From Trueperaceae bacterium (GTDB lineage: Bacteria > Deinococcota > Deinococci > Deinococcales > Trueperaceae), in assembly GCA_965213925.1 (NCBI GenBank), contig OZ243927.1, positions 1 to 64,000 of the forward strand: a stretch of DNA of 64,000 bases. Reading direction: 5' to 3'. The notes below the pieces were generated by a model. The model was not told where the DNA came from and ran no database searches. It was given only the letters and a program-made list of their open reading frames with translations. How positions within the stretch are numbered: the first letter of the stretch is position 1; the number at the start of each line of letters is the position of its first letter. Shown here in pieces: positions 11,047 to 21,541 of this stretch. A program made the translations under genes and the position numbers.

Positions 11047-11616
11047 CTAAAGGGCAAATCTTAAAATGGCTCTAGCCCCGACGAGCAGCAACGCCAGACC
11101 AACAAAAGTGAGGTGCTGTGCAAAGGACACAACGTTGCCTTGCCGCCACACCTGCGCAAGTTCGTTTAGCGAGGGCTCGACGAGGGCAAGAAGTTGCGCT
11201 TCGGCGTCCGTCAAGGAGACGATATCGCTCGTCGTGGTGGCGTAGCGAGGTTCTTCCAACGCCTCGTTCTCATTACCTGCGAATGTACCTACTTGCACAT
11301 TCACAGCGTAGGTGTAAGCGTTCGCGGGGAATCCTAGGTAGGTTTCAGGGTCTAGGTAGCGCGCATCCAGATTCAGGAGTACAGCCGCAGGCTGCCCTGC
11401 GCACGACGCCTGCACCTCATAGCGCACCTCGGCGCGGCTGAGTGTAGCTTGTAAGGCGGTCCCTATTCGCGCCCGAACGTCCTCCAAAGAAGCGTGCGCC
11501 TCACCCTCCGGTCCTACGATGTCGGCTTGAACAGAGAGAGGCTCAATGCAGAGCGTGGTTCCCCCTAATCGCGGCTCGAGTTGTCCGTGGTCCGCTAGTA
11601 CAAACGTGCTAACCAA
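11047..11616 (-). CDS. Hypothetical protein with C-terminal TM helix (start uncertain)
   Basis: 189-aa ORF filling the gap; hydrophobic C-terminus. Confidence 0.55.
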   Translation of the reverse strand: MVSTFVLADHGQLEPRLGGTTLCIEPLSVQADIVGPEGEAHASLEDVRARIGTALQATLSRAEVRYEVQASCAGQPAAVLLNLDARYLDPETYLGFPANAYTYAVNVQVGTFAGNENEALEEPRYATTTSDIVSLTDAEAQLLALVEPSLNELAQVWRQGNVVSFAQHLTFVGLALLLVGARAILRFAL

Positions 11617-11654
11617 AGCGACGAAAAGTACCGGGAAAAGAGTTGGGTAAGCGG

Positions 11655-12998
11655 TCAGTTCTGCGGAACTCCCCTGTACGTTTCAGCCCGGAAGCCGCTC
11701 ACATCACCACCGCGGCCACCTGACCCACTGGTGACGTAGATTTCGCCGTCTATCGCACCACTGACCATCGACTGCAAGGCGACGGGCAGGTCGGTGAGCG
11801 AGGTCCACTCGTCCACTTCCGGGTCATAAGCAAACACGTCGCGAACAGCGTCTAAGTGGTCTATCTCGCCGCCTACCACAATGACGCGCCCGTCCGTCGC
11901 GAAGCTCGAGTTGGAGATGTGGCTGACCGCTTTCGGCAAGCTCTGCACCGCGCTCCAGGTGTCCGCTGCCGGGTCGTAGGCGTAAACGTCGGCGTAGGTC
12001 GTGAGCGCACCATCGTGGTCCGTCTGTCCGCCGATGGCGTAGATTTTGCCGTTCAAGACCGCCGAGCCCAAGTGGTTGCGCGGCGCAGGCAAAGGCGCAG
12101 CTTGGGTCCAAGAGGTCGCGCCGCCCGCTAAGTCGAGAACGAAGTGATGCGTAACGTCGCTTTTGCGGTTCGCGCTCGTCCCGCCGAAGTAGTGAAGCTT
12201 GCCGTTCAAGTATTCCATCTGCCCTGCCGAATGCCGGTTATTGGGTCCGCTCTCCTCGGTCTGTGGCAGGTCAGGTAGGCGGCTGTAGAGGTTCTCGGAG
12301 ACATCATAGGTCCACACTTCGGGTGTACCGAAAATTTGGAAGTCGCCGTCCTTATCTGAGGTGTAGCCCCCTGCGAAGTAGATGTCTTCGCCGTCCGTTG
12401 TCATGCCTGCGTGCGTCACGCCGCCGTAGCCCGTACCGTTCATCGGCGGCATATCCGCGAGAGAGGTCCACGTGTTTTGCTCGGGGTCGTAGATGTACGC
12501 GCGCGCGGTCGGCGTGAAGTTGCCCTCTCGCACCTCTAAGATGTCAAAACCGCCAAAGACGTAGAGCTTGCCGTTCACGACCTCGCCCTGCGCCTCCGCA
12601 ACTTTGTACTCTTGCGGCGCGGTGCGTTCCCAGGTCAATTCGGTGAATGTGGGCGCTGCCTCGCCAACTACGATGGTCGCCGCTTGCACATCCTCCTTTT
12701 CACCGTCGCTTACCGTGAGCGTCACCTGGTAGTTCCCGGCAGCGCCGTACACGTGTGTCGCTTGGACGCCTTCGCCCGTCTCTCCGTCGCCAAAGGTCCA
12801 CGCGTAACTCAGTGCGTCGCCTTCGGGGTCGCTCGAGTTCGAAGCGTCGAAGACAACCTCTAAGGGCGCGTCGCCGTTATCGGGTGTAGCGCTAAAGACC
12901 GCGCGCGGCGCTTCGTTGGGCGGAATTTGCTCTACCTCGGGTTCACAGGCGAGGAGGAAGAGAAGGATAAAAAGGAAAGTTAAGTTGTATGTACGCAT
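11655..12998 (-). CDS. Lipoprotein with PKD domain and Kelch beta-propeller
   Basis: LLAC lipobox; FDASNSSDPEG...WTFGDG PKD motif; repeated YVFGG/YAIGG...YDP...W Kelch motifs. Confidence 0.88.
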   Translation of the reverse strand: MRTYNLTFLFILLFLLACEPEVEQIPPNEAPRAVFSATPDNGDAPLEVVFDASNSSDPEGDALSYAWTFGDGETGEGVQATHVYGAAGNYQVTLTVSDGEKEDVQAATIVVGEAAPTFTELTWERTAPQEYKVAEAQGEVVNGKLYVFGGFDILEVREGNFTPTARAYIYDPEQNTWTSLADMPPMNGTGYGGVTHAGMTTDGEDIYFAGGYTSDKDGDFQIFGTPEVWTYDVSENLYSRLPDLPQTEESGPNNRHSAGQMEYLNGKLHYFGGTSANRKSDVTHHFVLDLAGGATSWTQAAPLPAPRNHLGSAVLNGKIYAIGGQTDHDGALTTYADVYAYDPAADTWSAVQSLPKAVSHISNSSFATDGRVIVVGGEIDHLDAVRDVFAYDPEVDEWTSLTDLPVALQSMVSGAIDGEIYVTSGSGGRGGDVSGFRAETYRGVPQN

Positions 12999-13232
12999 GA
13001 TGCCCCCCTGGGTAGCAGATGTACACGCCTTGGAGTGCGGATATTCGGTTCGAGCTAAGCCACCAGATACTGAACGTTCTTAGCTTGACGGCTTACGCTA
13101 CAGCTTGGCTGCTATTATAACCTTTAGACCCGAGCACCCCTTTAGACCTGTGAACGTTCCGTTAAAATGTTATACCTCAGTTTAGCTTCCTTCCCTATGA
13201 CCGCCGTCACAGCGCAACTGACACAGCGCAAT

Positions 13233-13260
13233 AAAAAAGCTCGAGTCGGACTCGAGCCTT
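13233..13260 (-). terminator. Intrinsic terminator after rplQ
   Basis: gctcgagt-cgg-actcgagc hairpin with T-run on the minus strand. Confidence 0.7.
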
Positions 13261-13282
13261 CTCGTCAACCTAAAATTTAAGT

Positions 13283-13648
13283 TTACTCAGTATCTTCCGC
13301 GACGAGTTCGATGAGCGCTTCCTGCGCTCCGTCCCCGCGCCGCTGCTCTAAGCGGTAGATGCGCGTGTAGCCGCCCGGACGCGACGCAAAGCTCGGCGCG
13401 ATGTCGTCCATGAGCTTGCGCACGACCTCTTGGTCGTGAATCTCGCGCAGCACTAAGCGGCGGGCGTGCAAGTCGCCACCTTTTGCTGTGGTAATGAGCT
13501 TCTCGACATAGGGGCGAAGGTTTTTCGCCTTCGCGAGCGTTGTCTTGATGCGTCCGTGGCGCAAGAGCGCCGTCGTCTGAGCGCGGTTGAGCGCGATGCG
13601 GTGGCTGCTGCTGCGGTTAAGCTTGCGTCCGCTGACTTGGTGTCTCAT
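13283..13648 (-). CDS. rplQ: 50S ribosomal protein L17
   Basis: [20 protein letters not shown]. Confidence 0.98.
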   Translation of the reverse strand: MRHQVSGRKLNRSSSHRIALNRAQTTALLRHGRIKTTLAKAKNLRPYVEKLITTAKGGDLHARRLVLREIHDQEVVRKLMDDIAPSFASRPGGYTRIYRLEQRRGDGAQEALIELVAEDTE

Positions 13649-13885
13649 GTTTATATCCTTCCTGTTGTAGCGGACGTCTGACCGCTAAACGCTGTAGCAG
13701 GTTCCTTTGGAAGCTTCGCGCAATCAAATATCTGTCTCGCAAAGCTCGGAGCTGGCTCGAGCTAATCTGAGCGCGTAGAGTGTCTACTGTCACTCACTTT
13801 TAGAGATGAAATCCTGCTAGGCTTCGTCTGAGAGCTGCGTCCTTCCGATTCGGTATTTCTATTTACTACTATAGTCAGAGCAGGA

Positions 13886-14821
13886 TTACTCTTTGAGCGA
13901 CAGCCCGCGTGAGTTGAGCTGCTCGATAATCTCCTCTAGCGACTTGTCACCGACGCCGCCCACTTTCTTGAGGTCGCGTTCGCTGAGCGCTAAAAGCGCG
14001 TCCACCGAGTCGATACCCTCTTCTTGAAGGGAGTGAAGGACGCGGCTCGAGAGGTCTAAACTTTCCAAGCTCATACGCACGGGCTCGCTCTTGGTGATGG
14101 TGGACTCGTCTGCAACTTGCGTCGGTGCGCTGACGACGGGTACGGGCTCCTCGACTTCACCCTCGCCGCTAAAGACGCTAAGCTGGTTACGCATCGTCTC
14201 AACCGCCATGTTGAGCGCGCGCTCCGGCTCGACGCTGCCATCCGTCCAAACGCGCAAGACCAAGCGGTCAAGGTCAGTCTTTTGCCCGACGCGGGTGTCC
14301 TCGACGCGGTACGCGACGCGGCGTACAGGGGTGTAGACCGCGTCCACCGGAATCGAGTTGATGCGGTCCTTCGTCGCGTGAATCTCAGCGGGGATGTAGC
14401 CTACGCCCGGTTCGACACGCACTTCCATGATGAGCTTGCCGCCCGTCAACGTCGCGATGTGAAGCTCGGGGTTGATGACCTCCGCGCCCATCGGCACTTC
14501 GAAGTTCGCCGCCGTGACCTCGCCCGATTCTTCGGCGCGGAGCATGAGGGTGACGGGCTCGTTGTCGTGCAGCTTGACGACCAACTCTTTGAGGTTGAGG
14601 ATGATCTGCATGACGTCCTCTTTGACGCCGTCAATGGTGGAGAACTCGTGTAAAACGTCCTCGATGTAGACGCTCGTGACCGCCGTGCCGGGGATGGACG
14701 AGAGCAGGATGCGGCGGAGCGGGTTGCCCAAGGTGACGCCGTAGCCGCGCGGCAGCGGCTCGACGACGAACTCACCATACTTGTCGGTGGCGCTACTTGT
14801 AAATTCTGGGATGATTTGCAT
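13886..14821 (-). CDS. rpoA: RNA polymerase alpha subunit
   Basis: EPLPRGYGVTLGNPLRRILLSSIPG, VLHEFST. Confidence 0.98.
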   Translation of the reverse strand: MQIIPEFTSSATDKYGEFVVEPLPRGYGVTLGNPLRRILLSSIPGTAVTSVYIEDVLHEFSTIDGVKEDVMQIILNLKELVVKLHDNEPVTLMLRAEESGEVTAANFEVPMGAEVINPELHIATLTGGKLIMEVRVEPGVGYIPAEIHATKDRINSIPVDAVYTPVRRVAYRVEDTRVGQKTDLDRLVLRVWTDGSVEPERALNMAVETMRNQLSVFSGEGEVEEPVPVVSAPTQVADESTITKSEPVRMSLESLDLSSRVLHSLQEEGIDSVDALLALSERDLKKVGGVGDKSLEEIIEQLNSRGLSLKE

Positions 14822-14920
14822 AGGGCTCCTAAAGAAAGGACTGAGGACTGAGGACTGAGAGAAAAGTGAAAATCTCAGTCCTTTCGCTTTGCGAAAACTG
14901 CGTAATAGTCCTTTTCTCTT

Positions 14921-15550
14921 TTACCTCGAATAGTACTCGATGACTTGCAACTCGTTCACCGGCACCACGAGGTCTTCGCGGGCGGGTGGGCGCAAGAACT
15001 TGCCCTTTAAGTTTTCGGGGTCGAACTCGAGCCAGGGCGAGAGCTTGCGGCGGCGCGTCGCTTCGACGTTCTCGCGGATCAAACCGAACGAGCGCGCGCT
15101 CGGCAAGACCGAGACCTCTTCGCCAGGGTTGACGGGATAGCTGGCAACATCTAAGCGTCTGCCGTTCACACCAATATGCCCCTGGTTGATGAACTGACGC
15201 GCCTGGGCGCGGCTGCTGGCGATACCTAAACGGTAAACGATGCTATCCAAACGGCTTTCCAGAAGCGATAAGAAAACTTCTCCCGTCGCGCCCTCTTGCC
15301 GGGTGGCTTCGTCGAAGAGATTCTTAAACTGCTTCTCGCTCATACCGTAAAAGCGGCGGAGCTTCTGCTTCTCGCGCAAGCGGATGCCGTAGTCACTCAT
15401 CTTACGGCTGCGGCGCTGTCCGTGTTGTCCGGGCGGGTAGGGACGCTTCTCTATAGCGCACTTCGCGCTGTAGCAGCGGTCCCCCTTGAGGTAAAGCTTC
15501 GTCCCCTCGCGGCGACAGAGCTTACAGACGGGTCCTGTGTAACGTGCCAT
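14921..15550 (-). CDS. rpsD: 30S ribosomal protein S4 (Cys-containing type)
   Basis: MARYTGPVCKLCRRE, LREKQK, LESRLD. Confidence 0.98.
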   Translation of the reverse strand: MARYTGPVCKLCRREGTKLYLKGDRCYSAKCAIEKRPYPPGQHGQRRSRKMSDYGIRLREKQKLRRFYGMSEKQFKNLFDEATRQEGATGEVFLSLLESRLDSIVYRLGIASSRAQARQFINQGHIGVNGRRLDVASYPVNPGEEVSVLPSARSFGLIRENVEATRRRKLSPWLEFDPENLKGKFLRPPAREDLVVPVNELQVIEYYSR

Positions 15551-15679
15551 TGTTCTCCTTCGGTAATTAGATAGCGTTCAGGTGGTACTTCTTAAACTGA
15601 ATAAGAGAAGCAAGAAACAAGGAGTTCGAAGCAAGAAGAACCTTCCTGATTCTTGCCTCCTGCTTCTTAACTTCTGCCT

Positions 15680-16078
15680 TTACATCCTTTTACGCTTACG
15701 CAGCCTACAGCCGTTGTGCGGCACCGGCGTCGAGTCGATGATCGAGCGCACGTTCACGCCCGTGCCTTGAATCGAGCGGATGGCTTGCTCGCGCCCTGAA
15801 CCCGTGCCGCGGATGACGATGTCGAGTTGCGACAAGCCCATGTTTTGTGCCTTGCGCGTGGCGTCGGCGGCAGCGAGTTGGGCGGCGTAGGGCGTGCCCT
15901 TTTTCGAGCCCTTGTAGCCGATGCTGCCCGAGCTAGACCAGGCGACGGGGTTACCGTCCATGTCGGTAATCGTGACGATGGTGTTGTTATAGCTCGCATG
16001 GATAAACGCTTTGCCTTCGGTGAGGTTGCGTTTAGCGCGCTTTTTGGCGCTTCTACCTCTTGCGGGTGTCTTAGCCAT
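15680..16078 (-). CDS. rpsK: 30S ribosomal protein S11
   Basis: ASYNNTIVTITD, TPYAAQ, PHNGCR. Confidence 0.98.
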   Translation of the reverse strand: MAKTPARGRSAKKRAKRNLTEGKAFIHASYNNTIVTITDMDGNPVAWSSSGSIGYKGSKKGTPYAAQLAAADATRKAQNMGLSQLDIVIRGTGSGREQAIRSIQGTGVNVRSIIDSTPVPHNGCRLRKRKRM

Positions 16079-16455
16079 TATTTCGTCGCTTTCTTCTTAC
16101 CGGCAACCGTGCGGCGCGGACCTTTGCGGGTACGGGCGTTCGTCTTGCTGGACTGACCGCGCACGGGCAGACCGCGGCGGTGACGCAGACCTCTGTATGA
16201 GCCAATATCCATGAGACGCTTGATATTTAGTTGAATCTCGCGGCGCAAGTCACCTTCGACCTTGTAGGTGTTCTCGATAATCTCACGGAGCTTAGCGACT
16301 TCGGTTTCCGCTAGGTCTTTCACGCGGGTGTCCGGGTCAACTTCGGCTTGCGCAAGAACGGTTTGCGAGCGGCTCGGACCGATGCCGTAGATATAAGGAA
16401 GCGCCGCCTCGACGCGCTTCTCACGGGGTAAATCAACGCCTGCAATACGTGCCAT
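16078..16455 (-). CDS. rpsM: 30S ribosomal protein S13
   Basis: [25 protein letters not shown]. Confidence 0.98.
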   Translation of the reverse strand: MARIAGVDLPREKRVEAALPYIYGIGPSRSQTVLAQAEVDPDTRVKDLAETEVAKLREIIENTYKVEGDLRREIQLNIKRLMDIGSYRGLRHRRGLPVRGQSSKTNARTRKGPRRTVAGKKKATK

Positions 16456-16457
16456 GT

Positions 16458-16574
16458 TCAGCCCTGCCTTTGCTTATGCTTAGGGTTCGACGAGCAGATG
16501 ACGTACACCTTGCCGTGCCGACGGATGACTTTACATCTGTCGCAGATGGGTTTAACGGATGCGCGAACTTTCAT
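16458..16574 (-). CDS. rpmJ: 50S ribosomal protein L36 (Zn-ribbon type; absent from ORF track)
   Basis: Manual translation [38 protein letters not shown]. Confidence 0.97.
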   Translation of the reverse strand: MKVRASVKPICDRCKVIRRHGKVYVICSSNPKHKQRQG

Positions 16575-16708
16575 GTGTACACCTACTTTCCTGTTTCTCT
16601 AATTCTCATTACTGAGTGTGAACAGCGCGGGTATCATCTTCGTAGTGTGCGAGTTTAGTCAACGCTTTCTCAACTAAGAGCGTTTGTGACCGGATGATAC
16701 CCGCTACG

Positions 16709-16996
16709 CTATTTCCTATAAACAATTCTCCCCTTTTCAGGGTCATACGTGCTGATCTCTAAAACGACGCGGTCGCCGGGGAGGATGCGGATGTAGTGGC
16801 GGCGCATCTTGCCGCCGACGTGCGCTAAAATCTCAGGACCGGCGTCTAATTGAATTAAAAACGTCGTGTTAGGGCGTGCCTCTAAGACGACCCCTTCCGT
16901 TCGTATCGTGTCTTGCGTGGTCTCTTCCGGGCTCTCCCGCTCCTTGCGGGGTCCACCGCGGCGGCGAGCGCCACTGCCGGATTTTCTACGCGCCAT
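16709..16996 (-). CDS. infA: Translation initiation factor IF-1 with basic N-terminal extension
   Basis: [34 protein letters not shown] before ATG 16996. Confidence 0.95.
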   Translation of the reverse strand: MARRKSGSGARRRGGPRKERESPEETTQDTIRTEGVVLEARPNTTFLIQLDAGPEILAHVGGKMRRHYIRILPGDRVVLEISTYDPEKGRIVYRK

Positions 16997-17798
16997 AAGC
17001 GCCTCCTTCCGCCACGAGCGCGCGGGGCGCTTGGTTGTGGGCGGTGAGAATTCGCGGACCGTCAACGGTAATCGCGACGGTGTGTTCGAAGTGCGCGGAG
17101 AGGCTGCCATCTGCGGTGGGAGCTGTCCAGCCGTCTTGTAAGATACTGACCGTGGTTTCGCGTTGCGTCACCATCGGTTCAATCGCCAAGACGAGACCGG
17201 GGCGTAAACGTGGACCTGTTCCTGCGCGTCCATAATTAGGGACATCCGGGCCTTCGTGAAAGCTGCTGCCGATGCCGTGACCGACAAACTCCCTGACGAC
17301 CCAAAAACCTGCCGCCTCAACAACGTCCTGGATTGCCGCGGAAACGTCGCCGAGCCGGTTGCCTGCTTGGGCGGCTTCGATGCCTGCGTAGAGCGAACGC
17401 TCCGTGACATCTAAAAGCCGCTGTGCTTCGGGCGAGACCTGACCGACACGGTAGGTCTTCGCCATATCCGCAGCATACCCCTTATAGAACGTGCCGATGT
17501 CAACGGAGAGAACATCGCCTTCCTTGAGGGGCTTGTTGTCCGGGATACCGTGAACGACGATGTCGTTGACCGAGGTGCAGAGCACGCCAGGAAAAGGGAC
17601 GACTGAATCGGAGGAGCCACGGTAGCCTTTGAAAGCTGGGCGTCCACCACGTGAGCGAATCGCCTTCTCCGCAATCCGGTCCAGCTGCGCCGTCGTCGCG
17701 CCGGGTTTAATGTGGGGCTCGATGCTCTCCAACGCCTCACGGTTCACCACAGCCGCTTCCGCCATCAGCTCAAGCTCGGCTTGGCGCTTCAAGATCAA
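16986..17798 (-). CDS. map: Methionine aminopeptidase type I
   Basis: [28 protein letters not shown]. Confidence 0.97.
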   Translation of the reverse strand: MILKRQAELELMAEAAVVNREALESIEPHIKPGATTAQLDRIAEKAIRSRGGRPAFKGYRGSSDSVVPFPGVLCTSVNDIVVHGIPDNKPLKEGDVLSVDIGTFYKGYAADMAKTYRVGQVSPEAQRLLDVTERSLYAGIEAAQAGNRLGDVSAAIQDVVEAAGFWVVREFVGHGIGSSFHEGPDVPNYGRAGTGPRLRPGLVLAIEPMVTQRETTVSILQDGWTAPTADGSLSAHFEHTVAITVDGPRILTAHNQAPRALVAEGGAYGA

Positions 17799-18358
17799 GG
17801 CAAGACCTCGGAGATGCGGGCGAAGACCTCTTCGACGGAGCCCGTGCCGTCCACGCGGCGGAGTTTGTTTCTCGAGTCGTAGTAGTCCACGAGCGGCTTC
17901 GTCTTCTCTTCGTAGGTCTCCATGCGGTTGTTGACCGTCTCTTCATTATCGTCCGCGCGTCCTTCTTCTTCAGCGCGTTGGAGGAGGCGGTCAACGAGTT
18001 CTTCTCTCGGCACTTCGATGAGCACAACGGCAGTCATCGGCGCAGACATCTCTTCTAGTAGAGTCTCGAGCGCTTCAGCTTGTCCGGTCGTGCGAGGAAA
18101 GCCATCTAGGAGGACGCGGACCTCATCTTGGTCCGCCATCTCTTTACGTACCATCCCGACGATGATGTCATCCGAAACCAAGCCGCCCTCATTCATGATC
18201 TTCTCAGCTTCTTGCCCAAGCTCCGTCCCGCGCTTGACGTGATCACGGAGCATGTCACCTGTCGAGAGCTTGCGGAGGTTGCGAGCGCGGGCGAGCTTTT
18301 CCGCCTGCGTCCCTTTACCCGCGCCGGGTGGTCCGACGAGCAGCAGAACTTCCGACAT
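17795..18358 (-). CDS. adk: Adenylate kinase (short-LID type)
   Basis: GPPGAGKGTQ, STGDMLR, LDGFPRT; ATGA overlap with secY stop. Confidence 0.96.
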   Translation of the reverse strand: MSEVLLLVGPPGAGKGTQAEKLARARNLRKLSTGDMLRDHVKRGTELGQEAEKIMNEGGLVSDDIIVGMVRKEMADQDEVRVLLDGFPRTTGQAEALETLLEEMSAPMTAVVLIEVPREELVDRLLQRAEEEGRADDNEETVNNRMETYEEKTKPLVDYYDSRNKLRRVDGTGSVEEVFARISEVLP

Positions 18359-19677
18359 CAGAAGCGCCTCCCGCGTCCGCGAATGCGCCCTTTGCTGACG
18401 AACCCGTCGTAGTGGCGCATCATCAGTTGCGACTCCATCTGGCGGAGCGTGTCGAGCGAGACACCGACGACGATGAGGAGACCGATGCCGGAGAAGACGA
18501 GCGAGAGCTGACCGACGCCCGTCATCCAGCCCAAAATCTGCGGTAGCGCGTTGACCGCACCCAAGAAGAGCGCACCCCACAAGGTAATGCGGTTCGTGAT
18601 GCGCGTGAGGTGGTCCGTCGTAGGTTGACCAGGACGCACGCCAGGAACGAAGCCGCCGTACTCGCGCAAGTTCTCGGAGATGCGGCGCGGGTCGAAGGAA
18701 ATCTGCGTGTAGAAGTAGGTGAAGAGCACGATGAGGATGGTACTGACGATGAGCCCTTGCCACTGCTGCGGCGCGAACCACGCGCCCAGTGACTGCACCC
18801 AAGCGACATCCGGGAACGCTGCGATAATCGTACTCGGGATGACGATGACCGACACTGCGAAGATGACCGGAATGACGCCTGCCGCGTTGAGGCGGAGCGG
18901 AATGTAGGTGCTCTGTCCGCCCATCACGCGCCGCCCGACGACTTTACGGGCATACTGCACCGGGATGCGGCGTTCAGCCTGCTGCACCAACACCATCCCG
19001 GCTATAGCGATAACTAACAAGGTAAAGAAGATGAGCAGCCCGAAAATGTTTGACTCACCCGTACCGATGAGCGCGAACTGCTGGCTGATGGCGTTTGGAT
19101 ATGCGGCGACGATGCCCGCGTAGATGATGAGTGAAATCCCGTTGCCGATGCCGTACTCCGAGATTTTCTCCCCGAGCCACATGACGACGGAGATGCCCGC
19201 GATTTGCGTGATCATTACGACGATCCACAAGAAGGGACCGTTGCTCCAACCCACCTTGAGCGCACCCGAGGGACCGATCAGCGCAATCGCTAAGAAAAGC
19301 CCCTGAACCGCGCCGAGCGCTGTCGCGCCGTAGCGCGTGTACTGCGTGATCTTGCGGCGTCCCTCTTCACCCTCTTTGGCGAGTTTTTCAAGAGGCGGAT
19401 AGACCGAGGTGAGAAGCTGAATGATAATGCTCGCCGTGATATAAGGAATTACCCCGAGCGCGAAGATCGAGAACACCTCGATATTGCCACCCGTGATGAA
19501 CCCCAAGAGGTCAAAGACGCCACCGCGCTGCGCGAAGTTTGCCTGAAGCGCGTCAGCGTCCACACCGGGCGTAGGAATAAAGACCCCTAACCGGTAGATG
19601 GCTAAGAGCCCAATGACCACGAGGAGCTTCTGCCTCAAGTCAGGGATGACGAGCGCGTTGCGAAACGCGGCGACCAT
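18358..19677 (-). CDS. secY: Preprotein translocase SecY
   Basis: FSIFALGVIPYITASII, GIGNGISLII, IPVIFA. Confidence 0.98.
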   Translation of the reverse strand: MVAAFRNALVIPDLRQKLLVVIGLLAIYRLGVFIPTPGVDADALQANFAQRGGVFDLLGFITGGNIEVFSIFALGVIPYITASIIIQLLTSVYPPLEKLAKEGEEGRRKITQYTRYGATALGAVQGLFLAIALIGPSGALKVGWSNGPFLWIVVMITQIAGISVVMWLGEKISEYGIGNGISLIIYAGIVAAYPNAISQQFALIGTGESNIFGLLIFFTLLVIAIAGMVLVQQAERRIPVQYARKVVGRRVMGGQSTYIPLRLNAAGVIPVIFAVSVIVIPSTIIAAFPDVAWVQSLGAWFAPQQWQGLIVSTILIVLFTYFYTQISFDPRRISENLREYGGFVPGVRPGQPTTDHLTRITNRITLWGALFLGAVNALPQILGWMTGVGQLSLVFSGIGLLIVVGVSLDTLRQMESQLMMRHYDGFVSKGRIRGRGRRF

Positions 19678-20426
19678 TAGTTCTGCTCCTCGTCTTCCGC
19701 CGCGCCCTCAGATGAACCATTCTCTTCAGGGCTCGAGGGCGCTTCGGACACGCCCTGGCTCATATTATCGTCCTCTGGACCCGACTGGGTTTCTTCCGGC
19801 GAGTCGATGACGGTTTTGCCGTCGTCATCGTCCCCTTCGTCGTCCCCGCTCTGTGATTCATTTGACTGAGCTGCGCTTTGAGCTTGGTTCTCTTCATCTG
19901 ACTGAGCAACCTCTTGATTGGCTTTTTGAGTAGAAACCGCTTGGTTAGAAGGCTGACTCGAGCCCGCTTCTTCCTGCGCACTCTGCTCGAGACCTACAAC
20001 GCTCCCCCCAGCATCTTGCACCGCTTGGGCTGCGCCGCGACTACAGGCGTCTAGCTCGAGCCGCAAGTTCCGCACCGTCAACTCGCCGTCACCTAAGAGC
20101 TTCACAGGACGGTTCGCGTGGCGAATGACGCCCGCGTTGCGAAGGCTCTCAGCGTTCACCGTGCTGCCCTCGTCAAAATCATTGAGGTCACGTAGGTTGA
20201 TAATCTGGTACTCAATCCCCTGATGCGTAAAGCCACGCTTCGGCAGGCGCATGATGAGGCGGCTGCGTCCACCTTCCCAACCGGAGCCTTGCGAAAAACC
20301 ACTCCGGCTAGCTTGCCCTTTCTGACCGCGCCCGGCAGTTTTGCCGCGCCCGCTGCCCAAACCGCGACCCACGCGGCGGCGCGACTTCTTCGCACCGGGG
20401 GCTGGTTTTAAGTCGTTGATCTTCAT
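19677..20426 (-). CDS. rplO: 50S ribosomal protein L15 with long acidic C-terminal tail
   Basis: RVGRGLGSGRGKTAGRGQKGQ, RLPKRGF. Confidence 0.96.
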   Translation of the reverse strand: MKINDLKPAPGAKKSRRRVGRGLGSGRGKTAGRGQKGQASRSGFSQGSGWEGGRSRLIMRLPKRGFTHQGIEYQIINLRDLNDFDEGSTVNAESLRNAGVIRHANRPVKLLGDGELTVRNLRLELDACSRGAAQAVQDAGGSVVGLEQSAQEEAGSSQPSNQAVSTQKANQEVAQSDEENQAQSAAQSNESQSGDDEGDDDDGKTVIDSPEETQSGPEDDNMSQGVSEAPSSPEENGSSEGAAEDEEQN

Positions 20427-20429
20427 GCT

Positions 20430-20600
20430 TTACTGCCCTTCGACTTTGAGGAGATAAGAGACCTTGTTGACCATGCCACGCACGTCGGGCGTGTCCTTGA
20501 CCTCACGGCTATCTCCGGACTTCTTGAGACCTAGAGCGTACACGGTGGCACGCTGGTCTTTCTTGACACCAATTAAACTGCGAACGAGCGTGACCTTCAT
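20430..20600 (-). CDS. rpmD: 50S ribosomal protein L30 (absent from ORF track)
   Basis: Manual translation [27 protein letters not shown]...[17 protein letters not shown]. Confidence 0.95.
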   Translation of the reverse strand: MKVTLVRSLIGVKKDQRATVYALGLKKSGDSREVKDTPDVRGMVNKVSYLLKVEGQ

Positions 20601-21073
20601 CATTCCGCCCGTGCTCTCTCGCGCTGGGACTCTTCAAAAGTTTTAAGCTGCTTGAGCCCGTCCATCACGGCGTACGCGACGTTGGTTTGGTTGCGCGAGC
20701 CCAACTCTTTAGTCAAGAGGTTGCGGAAGCCTGCGAGTTCGATAATCGCACGTGGCACACTCCCCGCAATGACCCCCGTGCCCGCGCCCGCAGGCTTGAG
20801 CATCACTTTGGACGTGCCGTGCTCGCCTAAGACCTCGTGGGGAACCGTTCCAGGCTCTTCAATCGGCACTTCAATAACGTTGCGGCGGGCGACGTACTGA
20901 CCCTTCTGGACTGCGCCCGGAACCTCTTTGGACTTACCTAGACCGACGCCCACGCGACCATTACGGTCACCGACGACGACCATCGCACCGAAGCGGAAGC
21001 GGCGTCCGCCCTGGTAGGTCTTGGCGGTGCGGCGGATGAATATAACCTTATCTTCAAACTCTGTATCTGCCAT
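20600..21073 (-). CDS. rpsE: 30S ribosomal protein S5
   Basis: [22 protein letters not shown]. Confidence 0.97.
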   Translation of the reverse strand: MADTEFEDKVIFIRRTAKTYQGGRRFRFGAMVVVGDRNGRVGVGLGKSKEVPGAVQKGQYVARRNVIEVPIEEPGTVPHEVLGEHGTSKVMLKPAGAGTGVIAGSVPRAIIELAGFRNLLTKELGSRNQTNVAYAVMDGLKQLKTFEESQRERARAE

Positions 21074-21074
21074 T

Positions 21075-21428
21075 TTAGAACTCGAGCCCTCCTTCACGAG
21101 CGCCCTCGGCGAGCGCCTTGACGCGCCCGTGGTAGCGGTACGCTCCTCTGTCGAATACGACTCTTTTGACGCCTGCTTGAGTCGCCCTCTCTGCTAGTGC
21201 CTTGCCAACTGCGGTTGCTTGGTCCGTCTTGTTACCCGAAAGCTCCAAGCTCTTACTGTTCGCTTCGGCGACGGTGTGACCCTTGTTCGCGTCGATGATT
21301 TGCGCGTAGATGTGCTTCGCGCTGCGGAACACACTAAGCCGTAACCGGCCATTATCCACCGGACGCTTGATGCGGCGGCGGGTGCGGAAGGCGCGGCGCT
21401 GTTTTCTGGTTTCTACGTTCATGCTCAT
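21075..21428 (-). CDS. rplR: 50S ribosomal protein L18
   Basis: [29 protein letters not shown]. Confidence 0.97.
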   Translation of the reverse strand: MSMNVETRKQRRAFRTRRRIKRPVDNGRLRLSVFRSAKHIYAQIIDANKGHTVAEANSKSLELSGNKTDQATAVGKALAERATQAGVKRVVFDRGAYRYHGRVKALAEGAREGGLEF

Positions 21429-21541
21429 TGCTTACCCTTCTAGGTTGCTAAACATCTGTTGATGATTTTGCTGATAGCGTTCGAGCTTACCATCACAGAT
21501 GGGCATCGTTTCGTTTGCAAACGAAACGATGCAACCTGTTT

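Noticed and set aside
16709..17110. 133-aa IF-1
   Set aside because: The upstream part lies within map; the SD supports 16996.
17795..18802. 335-aa extended adenylate kinase
   Set aside because: The extension overlaps secY in another frame; the real start is ATG 18358.
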